64,000 nucleotides of DNA from an uncultured Prolixibacteraceae bacterium. Lineage in GTDB: Bacteria > Bacteroidota > Bacteroidia > Bacteroidales > Prolixibacteraceae. Positions 63,680-64,000 of the stretch are shown here, piece after piece. The position numbers and the translations under genes were made by a program. The number at the start of each line of letters is the position of its first letter. The first letter of the stretch is position 1. The notes beneath the pieces are model-generated. The model had not been told where the DNA came from. It searched no databases and saw nothing but the letters and a program-made list of their open reading frames with translations. The stretch is from the NCBI GenBank assembly GCA_964567485.1, contig CAZMMX010000003.1, positions 68,781 to 132,780 on the forward strand. The letters run 5' to 3'.

Positions 63680-64000
63680 TCAGAGCTTTATAAACTCCAC
63701 CCTGCGGTTCAAGGCTTTGTTGGCCGGAATATCGTTGGGAGCCACGGGCTGCCCTTCGCCCAAACCGTCGGTCACCAACCGGTCACCATTGACGCCAAAC
63801 GATTTGACCAATTCGGCTTTTACCGAGGCAGCACGCCGTTTTGACAAATCGAGGTTGGAGGCATCCTGCCCATCGGCATCGGTGTGTCCGATGATTTTCA
63901 CCTTTACATCGGGCACTTCATTCAATACCCTGGCTATGTCGTTCAGTGTGCCGTATGATTCGGGCTTCACAACATCCTTATTTACATCGAAATAAATACC
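63680..64000 (-). CDS. OmpA-family protein, C-terminal peptidoglycan-binding domain only (gene runs off the right edge)
   Basis: The reading frame is open to the window edge: GIYFDVNKDVVKPESYGTLNDIARVL...IIGHTDADG....NLDLSKRRAASV...NRRVEFI is the OmpA_C signature. The GTG shown in the ORF track is internal. Confidence 0.88.
   Translation of the reverse strand, partial: GIYFDVNKDVVKPESYGTLNDIARVLNEVPDVKVKIIGHTDADGQDASNLDLSKRRAASVKAELVKSFGVNGDRLVTDGLGEGQPVAPNDIPANKALNRRVEFIKL

Noticed and set aside
1-64000. Scan for CRISPR arrays, IS elements, integrases, prophage or conjugative genes, toxin-antitoxin pairs and biosynthetic clusters.
   Set aside because: I saw no regularly spaced direct repeats, no transposase or recombinase-like ORFs, and no flanking inverted repeats. 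Gene content is core housekeeping with uniform composition by eye.

Overview
This 64-kb window is densely packed, mostly housekeeping chromosome from a member of the Bacteroidota. That assignment is inferred by eye, not searched. It rests on the T9SS translocon SprA, DUF4292/DUF6146-type lipoproteins, the dut-TPR-DUF4292-M23 and tig-clpP-clpX blocks, and a recurring TAnnTTTG -7 promoter box 12-75 nt upstream of many start codons. I call 52 protein-coding genes and one tRNA-Leu(UAG). Two genes are cut by the window edges: gltX on the left and an OmpA-family gene on the right. I saw no rRNA, CRISPR array, transposase, integrase or phage-like gene. The many long ORFs antisense to real genes look like GC-driven artefacts. 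Content by function: cofactor and central metabolism (kbl, pdxA, ribD, ribF, ahcY, gcvH, an alanine-dehydrogenase-family gene, a futalosine-type radical SAM gene); replication and repair (ruvA, recQ, dnaE, dut, class II RNR nrdJ); protein quality control (tig, clpP, clpX, pepA); envelope (sprA, lpxH, waaA, lptB, tatC, an EnvC-like degenerate M23 protein, several lipoproteins); and carbohydrate genes (pulA and a GH32-like protein). The glycyl-radical enzyme with its activase, the B12-dependent RNR and the futalosine gene suggest an anaerobic or facultative lifestyle. I do not see a clear-cut novel multi-gene system such as a defence, secretion or biosynthetic cluster. The items most worth a second look are: (1) a secreted GH32-fold protein with all three catalytic carboxylates substituted; (2) a HypD-like glycyl-radical enzyme paired with an unusually minimal activase, apparently in one transcription unit with a small membrane protein and a cytoplasmic pullulanase; (3) a Rieske-fold lipoprotein with a Cys3His1 ligand set and a Tat-like RK signal; (4) a block of uncharacterised exported proteins next to OmpA-like and beta-barrel genes; (5) candidate structured leaders upstream of greA and nrdJ. 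All family assignments come from reading motifs, and none was verified by search.
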